Shown: positions 1 through 8,598 of the stretch, piece by piece | How the letters are laid out: every line of letters starts with the position of its first letter | Position numbering within the stretch: the first letter of the stretch is position 1 | Assembly (NCBI GenBank): GCA_964645535.1 | Contig: CAZYCQ010000058.1 | Coordinates: 1 to 12,749, forward strand | Direction: 5' to 3' | DNA length: 12,749 nucleotides | DNA from: an uncultured archaeon | GTDB lineage: Archaea > Asgardarchaeota > Heimdallarchaeia > Heimdallarchaeales > Kariarchaeaceae | Notes under the pieces: model-generated | The model's input: the letters and a program-made list of their open reading frames with translations, nothing else | Told to the model about the DNA's origin: nothing | Database searches by the model: none | Program-made: the position numbers and the translations under genes

Positions 1-1430
1 ATAAATTCATGTGCTTGAGCAAGCTTGGCAGCTTCAATCACCTTTTCCAAAGGAATATCTTCCAACCCCAAGGTGATATTGTCACGAATTGACCTGCTAA
101 AAAGAAAAATGTCCTGCTCCACCACAGCCATCTGTGATCGCAAGGATTCCAGTGACCATTCCTTCAGATCAATATCGTCCACATAGATCTTGCCCTTCTG
201 TGGATCATACAACCTTGCAAGCAATTTTGTTATTGTTGTTTTGCCTGAACCAGTCATTCCTACAAGGGCAACTGTCTGTCCCATCTTTACTTCAAAAGTA
301 ATATCTTCAACAACAGGCAGGTTTTCAACATATCCGAACGTCACATTCTCAAACTTTACGTTCTTTTGGATGATTCCCCTGTATCCTTCTGGATTTTCAT
401 CAATCAAACTTTCTGCATTGATCAACGAAAGGATTCGTTCAGCAGAAGCTCGTCCAAGGGTGAAGAACAATAGCGCGAATATATTAATGAAAGTTGGAAA
501 TCTGAGCAATTGAAGTAGAAGAATAAAGGAAACAAGATCACCTCCGCTGATTGTTCCATTGAGAACAAGGAAGAGACCATGAAACAACGCAAATGCTGTA
601 GCTAATCCAAGCCAGAGAATTGGTCGATATCTCGCTTGGATTTTTCCACTTTGAATTGCCTCCTTTCTGTATTTCTCCACATGACGCAGAAATTTCTGCT
701 TTTCAATATGTTCTTGGGCACTTCCTCTGACCAATTGAATTCCACTGATTGATTCATTGAGTGCACTGCTCATCTGAGCCATTTCCATTCTCATCTGGAA
801 AGAAACAGGCGTTAACTTGTCGATGTACATTTTCAGCTCGAAGAAGAAAATAGTGAGGAAAATTATAGGTACCAATAGCAATCGATAGTTGATTCTCCAA
901 ATGAAAAGGACTGGAAGAACAATATTTACTCCTGCTGCAAAAACGAGAAGAAAACCGGGATTGACCATCAGGTTCAGTTGTCTTACATCAGCTGCCGCCC
1001 TGCTCATCAAATCTCCGATTTGCTGTTGATCATGGAAGGTCAGGCTTTTTCCAAGCAAGGCCGAATAAAGTTCATCTCTTGCATCCCTTTCAATACGCTG
1101 CGAGACCACTTCAATGAAAACACCCCTGAGAAGCAAAAGAAGACCTGAAGCCAAGCCTAATCCTAAAATTGTCAAAGACAGATTCGCTAAAAGTTCAGGT
1201 GTCATTTCATTATTGAAAAAGTAGTCTGCAACTTGACCGACAACTCTTGGAATACTTGCACCCAAGGATGAGGCAACAATTTGAAGGACGACAGCCGACA
1301 GAAAATAATGCCAATTTCTCAACACATGTGAAATGACCCATCGAAGAGGACTCTTCTTGTTGGTTCTATGGTTGTGTGGACTTGCGAATTCTGATTTACG
1401 GATTGTTGCCCTTGGTGAAACAGCTGCCAT
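1..1430 (-). CDS. ABC exporter, fused TMD+NBD (MsbA/ABCB-like, type IV); 3'-truncated by window edge
   Basis: Not in ORF track. My translation from ATG 1430 (MAAVSPRATIRKSEF...) is open to the window edge. It has a multi-helix TM domain with typical exporter motifs (QRIERDARDELYSALL, FHDQQQIGDLMSR, LNESISGIQLVR), then the NBD start (VKFENVTFGY), Walker A GMTGSGKT (260..237), LARLYDP and Q-loop VVEQDIFLF. In-frame GTG 1445 and TTG 1451 are alternative starts. Confidence 0.95.
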   Translation of the reverse strand, partial: MAAVSPRATIRKSEFASPHNHRTNKKSPLRWVISHVLRNWHYFLSAVVLQIVASSLGASIPRVVGQVADYFFNNEMTPELLANLSLTILGLGLASGLLLLLRGVFIEVVSQRIERDARDELYSALLGKSLTFHDQQQIGDLMSRAAADVRQLNLMVNPGFLLVFAAGVNIVLPVLFIWRINYRLLLVPIIFLTIFFFELKMYIDKLTPVSFQMRMEMAQMSSALNESISGIQLVRGSAQEHIEKQKFLRHVEKYRKEAIQSGKIQARYRPILWLGLATAFALFHGLFLVLNGTISGGDLVSFILLLQLLRFPTFINIFALLFFTLGRASAERILSLINAESLIDENPEGYRGIIQKNVKFENVTFGYVENLPVVEDITFEVKMGQTVALVGMTGSGKTTITKLLARLYDPQKGKIYVDDIDLKEWSLESLRSQMAVVEQDIFLFSRSIRDNITLGLEDIPLEKVIEAAKLAQAHEF

Positions 1431-1450
1431 TACTTCTGCTACCACAAGCA

Positions 1451-1470
1451 ATTAATAAAGAAGAGTTTAC
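1451..1470 (-). promoter_or_regulatory. Putative archaeal TATA-like promoter of the ABC exporter (leaderless or short leader)
   Basis: Minus strand GTAAACTCTTCTTTATTAAT ends 20 nt before ATG 1430; no SD motif. Confidence 0.45.
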
Positions 1471-1510
1471 CATTCAAATTCAATTTACCACTGATTCTCT
1501 GTTTTTTTGT

Positions 1511-3916
1511 CTAAAGAAATTCAAACCTTATTGCTTCTGCTGGTTTGATCTTCACACTTTCCCTAAAGCTAACAAGTGTTGAGACAAAAACCGAAAATGC
1601 CGCAAATCCTACCAAGAATAAGAAAACAGAAAAATCACTTGTTAAATAAACGTAAAGAAGGCTTTCACTTATCAAAGGAATCCAAATTGCATTGGCCACA
1701 GCTCCACTTAGCGCCAATGCCGCAATGACCGAAAGGGAACCAATAATAGTTGCCTCAATCAGAACCCCACTCAGAATTTCCCGGTCAAACGAACCAAAGA
1801 TTCTAAGCACACTGAACTCACGATCCCTTTCAATGAGCGAAATGAACTGTGTTGTGAATACTGTTATCGATCCAACCCCCAATGCCAGAAAAATAAGAAC
1901 AAAAATCACAACTGTTTGGGTTCCGATCAATTGTCTGACAATCCGGTGTTGGACATCAATCGAAATTGCATTTTCCAATTTAGGATAATTTTTGTTCAGT
2001 TCATCCACAAGATCATGGATTGACCCTTTAGCCTGAATAAGCACCTTATTGAAAACTTGAAGCCCGAAAAGTTCCAAAGGAAGACCGGTAAGGGGTTCAC
2101 GAATAATCTTTGAAAGATAACCCAAGTCAAAAAATATCGAGCTTGTTCGGAAGAGATCATTGTAAATTCCGGAAACCGTGAAATTGAGAATTGTATCGAA
2201 GAAAACCACCTGAATCTTATCTCCAATGTCATAACCAAAATTTGCCCGGACGTACTGTGAAACCAAAACCTCATTTGACCCTTGGGTAATCATTCTTCCT
2301 TCCACAGGGTCAACCTCAAACATGGTGCTGTTGTAGTCGACACCACGCAGAAATGTTACGATATCTGGTCTACCTTTGATCTGTGCCAACAGTTCCAAAT
2401 AAGGTTCGACTGCAATGATCTGGGAATGATTCTTCAATTCATCAATCACAGGTCCATAGGCGTCTTCAAATCCAGTATGGGCAATGATATCTGCATGAAC
2501 GTTGTCTGCGAAATACTCATCAACATTTGAAAAAACACTATTATGGGTCAATAAGATTGATCCGGCAAAAATAAGAGATACACTGAAACTGATGATGGTC
2601 AGGGCGGATCTAGTTCTGTTTCGTGTAAGATTTCTCCAAGCGGCCCGAAAGACACGTGAAGGAAGTACTTTCGAGATTCTGAAAAGTAATCCGGAACTCT
2701 TCAGCTCAGATGTTTTTCCTCTCATTGCTTCGTAAGGAGTCAATCTAAAGACATTATACAGTGCAATAATATTGAACCCAATAAGAACAAGATAAGAACC
2801 TAAAAAGACCCATAAGGCAGTTTCAGAGGAGATTACCGCAGATGAACCAAATAAACCCCATTGATCAACAATCGATGTGATAATGGCTTCAAGAAGTTTT
2901 TGACCAAACAGATAACCGATGAATCCCCCAATCATGAAGAGGATGGTTATTCGAAGAACAAAAGACAGGATAATTTCACGTTTATTCATCCCAAACGAAT
3001 ACATGGCTCCGATAATTATTTTTTGATCATTGACATACCTGTTTGTGACAACGAAGATCACAACTCCTGCAATCAGGAAAATAAAAAGGGTTGAGGCACC
3101 CATATATTTGGCAGTGACTTTCATTGAATCATTGAGTGACTTTCGGTAACTTACCTCTCTCATTAACCAACTAAAGGCAACAGGTGGCAAACCTTCATCT
3201 TTTAGCTTTTCCTGTATGTGAAGAACGATCTTCGTTTCTTCCTCGACAGTAATCTTTTCATCAATATAATAGGAGAAGGAATTTCGATTTGTTGAATTCA
3301 AAGGTATTCCCAGATAACGGTTTACCCCTTCCTCGGAAAAAAACATGACCCCAGATTGGACAATGCTATATGATGCAAATTCAATTGATTTCCCAATTCC
3401 TACTACGGTATAATCCAAAGAACCTGCTGGCGAAAAAAGATTGATGGTATCTCCTACTTCGATTCCAACTTCTTTGGCAAAAGATGAAAGCAGAAATGCT
3501 TCATCCTTGGCAATGGGTTTTCTTCCTTCCTCTATTAGAATTTGATTCAGTGGTTCCGGATTTCTCTGATCAATGGAAAGGACTACACTTTCAATCCATT
3601 CCCCATTTGGAAGTTGATATCGGGAATTCAAATAATAACGAACAATGGAAGCTTGCGGATACCTTCCGATTGCCTCAAAAATTCCTTCGGTAATGGTTTC
3701 GTTGAGTGAAGGGTCAACCGCATCCGCAAAAATGAAGTTTACATGGGCTAATTTGTATTCACTCTGTTCTGAAGTTAAGCTTGTTTCCAAATTGTTTGTC
3801 AAACTATTAAGAGCAAGAGAGAAAGAAATCACCATGATTACTGCCAAAAGAATGACTGCACTTCTCCCCTTGTGAAAGAACAGATCACGAATAGCCGATT
3901 TGTACACTTTCTTCAT
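1511..3916 (-). CDS. FtsX/MacB/LolE-family ABC permease (type VII), internally duplicated
   Basis: Two halves, each with a basic amphipathic start (AIRDLFFHKGRS / AWRNLTRNRTRS), a TM helix, a large extracellular MacB-PCD-like domain (EGRKP..GIEVGDTI..YTVVGI / EGRMI..GYDIGDKI..FTVSGI) and an FtsX-type TM block (ERDREFSVLRIFG; C-terminal PAEAIRFE). Confidence 0.93.
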   Translation of the reverse strand: MKKVYKSAIRDLFFHKGRSAVILLAVIMVISFSLALNSLTNNLETSLTSEQSEYKLAHVNFIFADAVDPSLNETITEGIFEAIGRYPQASIVRYYLNSRYQLPNGEWIESVVLSIDQRNPEPLNQILIEEGRKPIAKDEAFLLSSFAKEVGIEVGDTINLFSPAGSLDYTVVGIGKSIEFASYSIVQSGVMFFSEEGVNRYLGIPLNSTNRNSFSYYIDEKITVEEETKIVLHIQEKLKDEGLPPVAFSWLMREVSYRKSLNDSMKVTAKYMGASTLFIFLIAGVVIFVVTNRYVNDQKIIIGAMYSFGMNKREIILSFVLRITILFMIGGFIGYLFGQKLLEAIITSIVDQWGLFGSSAVISSETALWVFLGSYLVLIGFNIIALYNVFRLTPYEAMRGKTSELKSSGLLFRISKVLPSRVFRAAWRNLTRNRTRSALTIISFSVSLIFAGSILLTHNSVFSNVDEYFADNVHADIIAHTGFEDAYGPVIDELKNHSQIIAVEPYLELLAQIKGRPDIVTFLRGVDYNSTMFEVDPVEGRMITQGSNEVLVSQYVRANFGYDIGDKIQVVFFDTILNFTVSGIYNDLFRTSSIFFDLGYLSKIIREPLTGLPLELFGLQVFNKVLIQAKGSIHDLVDELNKNYPKLENAISIDVQHRIVRQLIGTQTVVIFVLIFLALGVGSITVFTTQFISLIERDREFSVLRIFGSFDREILSGVLIEATIIGSLSVIAALALSGAVANAIWIPLISESLLYVYLTSDFSVFLFLVGFAAFSVFVSTLVSFRESVKIKPAEAIRFEFL

Positions 3917-4641
3917 CTTGTTTCACCTGCAACCTCAAGAAGACCCTCCTCCTTGACAATCTTTCCCGAGGAAAGATACAGCACCCTATCTCCATACTGC
4001 TTGAGATTGACATCATGAGTCACCATGATGACCGTACTCCCATATCTTTTTGCGGTTTCCCTGATCAATTGAACCATCTTGTGACCAGTTTGTTCATCAA
4101 GTTGGCCGGTTGGCTCATCGACAATGAGAATTTCTGGATTTTTGACCAACGCTCTTGCTAAAGCAACCCGTTGCCGCTCACCTCCGGACAGTTGAGAAGG
4201 AAAAGAACCATATCTCCCCTCCAATCCCACTTCATCCAGTAAAGCTTTGCTTCGTTCTTTCAGTTTTTTCTTTGGAAGATTTATCAGCTCACCTATCATT
4301 TCAACATTTTCCAATGCAGTCAGGGTGGGAACAAGACTGTAAAATTGAAAAACAAACCCGACACGATAACGTCTGTAATTGGTCAAGGCCTTGGAACTCA
4401 AATTTTCCAATGAAAGAATCTGTCCTTCTATTTCAACGGAAATATTTCCGGAATTAGGTTTGTCGATACCTCCAATCATATTCACCAATGTGGATTTTCC
4501 CGATCCGGACGGACCCATAACCACAACAAATTCTCCTTTTTCAATTTCCAGATTGATTGCATCAAGTGCAATCACCTTGGATTCCCCTAGATCATAGGAT
4601 TTTGTGACTTCCCTTAGGGAAATATGGGGAGAGTTTTTCAT
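3913..4641 (-). CDS. ABC ATP-binding protein, LolD/MacB/SalX family
   Basis: Walker A GPSGSGKS, Q-loop GFVFQFYSL, signature LSGGERQRV, Walker B ILIVDEPTGQLD and H-loop VMVTHD. 4-bp ATGA overlap with the permease gene. Confidence 0.96.
   Translation of the reverse strand: MKNSPHISLREVTKSYDLGESKVIALDAINLEIEKGEFVVVMGPSGSGKSTLVNMIGGIDKPNSGNISVEIEGQILSLENLSSKALTNYRRYRVGFVFQFYSLVPTLTALENVEMIGELINLPKKKLKERSKALLDEVGLEGRYGSFPSQLSGGERQRVALARALVKNPEILIVDEPTGQLDEQTGHKMVQLIRETAKRYGSTVIMVTHDVNLKQYGDRVLYLSSGKIVKEEGLLEVAGETR
3923..3928 (-). promoter_or_regulatory. Shine-Dalgarno motif (AGGTGA) for the permease gene
   Basis: Minus strand GCAGGTGAAACAAGATG: AGGTGA lies 6 nt before ATG 3916. Confidence 0.6.
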
Positions 4642-4685
4642 GAGATGGTTAACCGATAAAAACCTAAAAACCTGTAGATTTATAA

Positions 4686-5615
4686 TCAGCTAATTGCGTT
4701 CCTCAATTCTTTAAGTCGAGATACCAACCGCATGTTGAACTCAGCAGGGTTTTCAAGCATGGGAAGATGACCAGAATTGGGAAGGATTTCTAGGATTGAA
4801 TTTTGGGCAATTTTTTGCATCTGCTTTGCAAGGTCAGGTGGAGTTACAGAATCATGTTCACCCACCATGATGATCGTTTTTCCCTTAAAATTGGAAAGGG
4901 TTGTAGAATTGTCTCTTCGTCCCGCCATTGCATACAATGCATGGACCACTCCGATGAGTGTGGACTCATCCATGATTTCTTTTGCAGTATCCATAAGCAT
5001 AAGATCTGTATTCTTGAAAAGCAATGATTTCAACAGATTCATCTCGAACTCGACAACCAAGGGAAATTTCAAGCCTAAAATTCCCATAACTGCCCATTTG
5101 TCTTCAATACCTGCCAAGATCCTCAGAAAAGTTTCCGCTTGTCTATATCTTGCAATTTTCTTCTCTTCAGTATCTGCTTTATGCTGTGTATCGATCAATA
5201 TAAGGCCTTGAACATTGTTAAGCGTATTCAATGCCTCAAGAGCGACATAACCTCCCATGGAACATCCTCCGACAATTACTTTACCTTCTTCGGCCAACAC
5301 TTCGACTATTTTACAGTATTCACTGAGATCTTTCGGTTTCAATCCAGGAGCGGATTTGCCAAATCCCTGAAAATCTGGAAAAAAGATCTGCAAATGGTGA
5401 CCTGTTTGACAAGAATCCATAATCAATTCCTTAATTGCTTCGGATTGATAGAACATAGAATAAATTCGTGAAGAAAAGGGAAACGGATGAAGAAGAATCA
5501 ATTTCAGGGAAATATCATCACCATGTCTACAGGAAAGAAATCTTGTAAAGAATTTCTGACCGGTTTCCATTTGATGGTAATACTCACCATACACGGGTTC
5601 CGAATTATTTGCCAT
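4686..5615 (-). CDS. Alpha/beta-fold hydrolase (PcaD/MenH-like esterase or lactonase)
   Basis: Oxyanion-loop region LLHPFP, PDFQGFGKS, nucleophile elbow GCSMGG, acid GEHD and catalytic His in SGHLPMLE. Substrate not assignable. Confidence 0.9.
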   Translation of the reverse strand: MANNSEPVYGEYYHQMETGQKFFTRFLSCRHGDDISLKLILLHPFPFSSRIYSMFYQSEAIKELIMDSCQTGHHLQIFFPDFQGFGKSAPGLKPKDLSEYCKIVEVLAEEGKVIVGGCSMGGYVALEALNTLNNVQGLILIDTQHKADTEEKKIARYRQAETFLRILAGIEDKWAVMGILGLKFPLVVEFEMNLLKSLLFKNTDLMLMDTAKEIMDESTLIGVVHALYAMAGRRDNSTTLSNFKGKTIIMVGEHDSVTPPDLAKQMQKIAQNSILEILPNSGHLPMLENPAEFNMRLVSRLKELRNAIS

Positions 5616-5637
5616 ACGAATTCCAAGAATAGATCCA

Positions 5638-5652
5638 ATTAGAACTTTCTCA
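5638..5652 (-). promoter_or_regulatory. Putative BRE/TATA-like promoter of the hydrolase
   Basis: Minus strand GAGAAAGTTCTAAT ends 22 nt before ATG 5615, the same spacing as other first genes. Confidence 0.35.
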
Positions 5653-5668
5653 ACTGGGAAAAAGATAA

Positions 5669-5726
5669 CCGAAAATTAATCACGATTTTTTCAATGATTT
5701 TCGGGAGGATTTCCAAAACAAATCCT
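5669..5726. repeat. Two adjacent inverted repeats in the intergenic gap (possible terminator or operator)
   Basis: CCGAAAAT (5669-5676) pairs with ATTTTCGG (5697-5704). AGGATTT (5706-5712) pairs with AAATCCT (5720-5726), directly after the stop codon of the 189-aa ORF. Confidence 0.35.
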
Positions 5727-6296
5727 TCAACCATCATTGGTTAGAAAACTTTCCTGAACGGGAGTTTTCAATAATCCTTTCAAAAGAACCAGACCTAAAT
5801 CAATAACATCCCCTAGAATATTTGAAGGAAATACCGTTGTACATTGCTTGAATTGTTTATGAACTTGGTCAAAAAGTTGGATCAACTGCCTAGTTGTAAT
5901 CCGAAATTGTGGATCATGAAAATCTGAATTAGACCAATAGGCCATACAATATGTTTTCAGAAGGCTTCCAAGATCCCGTTTTCCAGAAACAAAATTTACC
6001 GGCGGAAGGCTATGAGCTATTTCCTGAATTCTTGTCATGATTTCTCCAGTGTAAATATTGCAATTGGAAGGAAAAGCGAAATAATGGATGGTTTCCTGTT
6101 CAAATCCCTCTCTTTCCAAACGACCAAAAAGACTAAGCTTGCCATATATTTTCCTTGCAAGTGGAATTTCCAAATATTGGGACAAAGTCAATACAAATGA
6201 ATGAATCGAAGCGATAGAAGGAGGGTCTGAAAGAAAGTCACCTATTTTCAGGAGAAGAATGAATACACCCTCTCTTTCTGCATTCATCATCTCCAT
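5727..6296 (-). CDS. Hypothetical protein (189 aa)
   Basis: Longest ORF in the gap between recognisable genes, with an ATG start and a promoter-like box upstream. No motif recognised. Confidence 0.65.
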   Translation of the reverse strand: MEMMNAEREGVFILLLKIGDFLSDPPSIASIHSFVLTLSQYLEIPLARKIYGKLSLFGRLEREGFEQETIHYFAFPSNCNIYTGEIMTRIQEIAHSLPPVNFVSGKRDLGSLLKTYCMAYWSNSDFHDPQFRITTRQLIQLFDQVHKQFKQCTTVFPSNILGDVIDLGLVLLKGLLKTPVQESFLTNDG

Positions 6297-6317
6297 AATT
6301 ATTATATGTATAGTAAT

Positions 6318-6331
6318 ATTTTTTAAGGTTT
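6318..6331 (-). promoter_or_regulatory. Putative BRE/TATA-like promoter of the 189-aa gene
   Basis: Minus strand AAACCTTAAAAAAT ends 21 nt before ATG 6296, in an AT-rich divergent intergenic region. Confidence 0.45.
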
Positions 6332-6403
6332 ATATTTTCCCAAGTTTGCGACATTTTTTTTATTTTTTCCAGTTTTTAAATGATGCAACATTCAAAGACA
6401 TTC

Positions 6404-6419
6404 AGAAAACATTCTTAAT
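6404..6419 (+). promoter_or_regulatory. Putative BRE/TATA-like promoter of the EEP surface-protein gene
   Basis: AGAAAACATTCTTAAT ends 21 nt before ATG 6441; no SD motif. Confidence 0.45.
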
Positions 6420-6440
6420 GAGTTTGCCAAGTCAAAATCA

Positions 6441-8567
6441 ATGAAAACAAGAACATTCATATCAATCATCTTGGTTTTCCTTATGATTTTTCCGACTCTC
6501 GCAAGTCGGAATGAAATCAAGGATCCTGTTCAAAACTTTGTCTTCGAAGAACCAAAGGGTGTAGTACTCATTGATGATATTCATCAAAATGACTATGCAG
6601 ATGGTTCTTTGGATCTGGTAATGCAGGATCTCGAAAGGAGAGGTTATGTGCCAAAATACGCTTCCAATTTCAGTTCGTGGGATGAGGCGCTTTCTTTCTC
6701 TCATTATTTGGTCATGACCGCTCCTTATACAGCAATACCAACTGAGGAGATCAGTGCAATCCAAACATGGATGCAAAATGGTAGCCGCAATTTATTGATT
6801 GCATCAAGAGGTGATTTTGAACCCGTAAATACCGATTCGATCAACCAAATACTTTCGAGCATAGGTGCAGGAACAAGAGTCAACCATGACAACGTATACA
6901 CTACCGATCCCTCTGCCCGTAGGGAATGGTATATTGAAACCAACAATTTCAATCAAGAATTTTCTCCCCTCTTTGAGGGTGTCGAAACCATCAATTTCTT
7001 TAGTCCAAGCTCCGTCATTCCTGGAAGCAATGCGACTGTTCTGATCCACGCTGAAGCGGAAGCTTACCAAACCGATCAAAATCCACCACCTCCTGATACA
7101 GTCTTTGATGATACGAATGATGGAACGGGAGGAGATTCCATTCCCCTTTCCGCCATCGAAATGGTCAATGACGATCGCATTGTCGTTGTTGGAACTACTC
7201 TCTGGTCTGATTTTGATTATGGAGATTCCTCTGCTGAAGATACCGTCTTTTTTGCAAATGTAATGAATTATTTTACTGACGAAACGCGCAAATTTGAGGA
7301 GATCGTAATCCGTCTTCCCGATCCTGATCCTCCAACAATAAAGATTTCAAATCCTAGGGATGGAGGAATTGTGAAGGGAACTGTACCCATCGAATATACC
7401 GTTACTGATCCATTTGGAATTGATTCTGTGGAATTTTGGATTGACAATACTTTAATTGGCAATATGACCGAATACCAATGGGACACCACCCAAGAGACAA
7501 AAGGTCAACATACAATCAAGGTAATTGCCACGGATTTGTCAGGAAATCAGAACGAAGTTTCAATTACCGTAACCGTGGATCAGGAGTTTGTTCCTCAATC
7601 CCGAAATCCAGCAAAGGTAATGACCTACAATATCAAAGAATCTGGCATCTTTCCTCAATGGATTGATGTGGTCAAGGAAGAGAACCCCGATATTCTGATC
7701 CTTGTGGAAACAGGAGATTTTGATGACAACAACAATGCATTGTTGAATCAATACATGGACATTTTCAACACCTATTTCATGGATTATCTGCCTTATGACG
7801 CCTATACCCTACAAGGAATAATGAACCCCTTTGATGGGATAACCATTTATTCAAGATTTGAGATAACCAGTGCAGAAAAGATCGTTGAACTTGATCTTGA
7901 CAATGGAGCCAAACAAATCGCCAGCCTTCCATTCCTGCATGCAACAGTCAATATTGATGGACAAACAGTCCATGTCTTTGGTGGCCATCTTACCTGCTGT
8001 CCGGGAGAAGACAATGAAATTGCGAGAGAAAAGGAACAGGAAGGTATCCTAAATTACATGGATTCCTTGGGGAATGTGCCTATAATCTATGCCGGTGACA
8101 TGAACAGCCACTCTCCTGAAGATCCTGAACCTCATGATCTAGGTACTGAACCAATTGATATGGTTATCAATTCGGAAAATCCTCGAACCGCCATTCATCA
8201 TGAATTCATAGATGTGTACAAGAGCCAACATCCAAATGAAGCACCTCCAACCTATATTGTTCCCGGTATTGAATCACGCATCGATTTCATTTTCGTCAAT
8301 CAATGGTTCTTTGGCAGAATTATCAATTCCACGATCGGAGACACTCCAAGCGCAGGTGAGGGCAGCGATCATGTACCTGTTGATGCATTTATCGATTTCA
8401 ATTCATTGACAGCACCTGATCCGATCACCCATACTTTTTCAAGCTCAGCTACGCCAACCTCGTCCACAGGGAAAAACAATACACCATTGAAGTTTTCAAT
8501 AATTGCTATTTTCATTCTCCCCTATTCTCTTCGAAAATACAAAACAAAAGGCTCTTTGAAAAAATGA
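6441..8567 (+). CDS. Exported, C-terminally anchored endonuclease/exonuclease/phosphatase (EEP) family protein with N-terminal GIFT (GldG/IFT52/DUF4350-like) and Ig-like domains
   Basis: In order: signal peptide MKTRTFISIILVFLMIFPTLA; GIFT-like domain (~6555-7280); Big-type Ig domain (PPTIKISNP..VEFWID..YQWDT..GQHTIKVIATDLSGN, ~7330-7580); EEP motifs VMTYNI, PDILILVE, GHL, AGDMNS, RIDFIF, SDHVPV (~7610-8400); Ser/Thr linker, hydrophobic stretch and basic tail. Confidence 0.88.
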   Translation: MKTRTFISIILVFLMIFPTLASRNEIKDPVQNFVFEEPKGVVLIDDIHQNDYADGSLDLVMQDLERRGYVPKYASNFSSWDEALSFSHYLVMTAPYTAIPTEEISAIQTWMQNGSRNLLIASRGDFEPVNTDSINQILSSIGAGTRVNHDNVYTTDPSARREWYIETNNFNQEFSPLFEGVETINFFSPSSVIPGSNATVLIHAEAEAYQTDQNPPPPDTVFDDTNDGTGGDSIPLSAIEMVNDDRIVVVGTTLWSDFDYGDSSAEDTVFFANVMNYFTDETRKFEEIVIRLPDPDPPTIKISNPRDGGIVKGTVPIEYTVTDPFGIDSVEFWIDNTLIGNMTEYQWDTTQETKGQHTIKVIATDLSGNQNEVSITVTVDQEFVPQSRNPAKVMTYNIKESGIFPQWIDVVKEENPDILILVETGDFDDNNNALLNQYMDIFNTYFMDYLPYDAYTLQGIMNPFDGITIYSRFEITSAEKIVELDLDNGAKQIASLPFLHATVNIDGQTVHVFGGHLTCCPGEDNEIAREKEQEGILNYMDSLGNVPIIYAGDMNSHSPEDPEPHDLGTEPIDMVINSENPRTAIHHEFIDVYKSQHPNEAPPTYIVPGIESRIDFIFVNQWFFGRIINSTIGDTPSAGEGSDHVPVDAFIDFNSLTAPDPITHTFSSSATPTSSTGKNNTPLKFSIIAIFILPYSLRKYKTKGSLKK

Positions 8568-8590
8568 AAGAATTTTAAGTAACCTACGGA

Positions 8591-8596
8591 TTTTTT
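8591..8596 (+). terminator. Possible oligo-T (archaeal-type) terminator
   Basis: T6 run 23 nt after stop 8567 and just upstream of the next promoter-like box. Weak evidence. Confidence 0.25.
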
Positions 8597-8598
8597 GC

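Noticed and set aside
190-513. 107-aa plus-strand ORF and the other short ORFs antisense to or nested in long genes
   Set aside because: They lie within well-supported genes on the opposite strand or frame and have no motifs of their own.
1502-1508. T7 run as terminator of the permease gene
   Set aside because: The T run is on the plus strand while both flanking genes are on the minus strand, where it reads as A7.
3913-4641. Assigning gene symbol lolD or macB
   Set aside because: Family-level similarity only; no LolA/LolB or MacA context, and the host appears archaeal.
7073-7136. DQNPPPPDTVFDDTNDGTGGD as an EF-hand-like calcium loop
   Set aside because: Does not match DxDxDG spacing; may simply be an acidic surface insertion.
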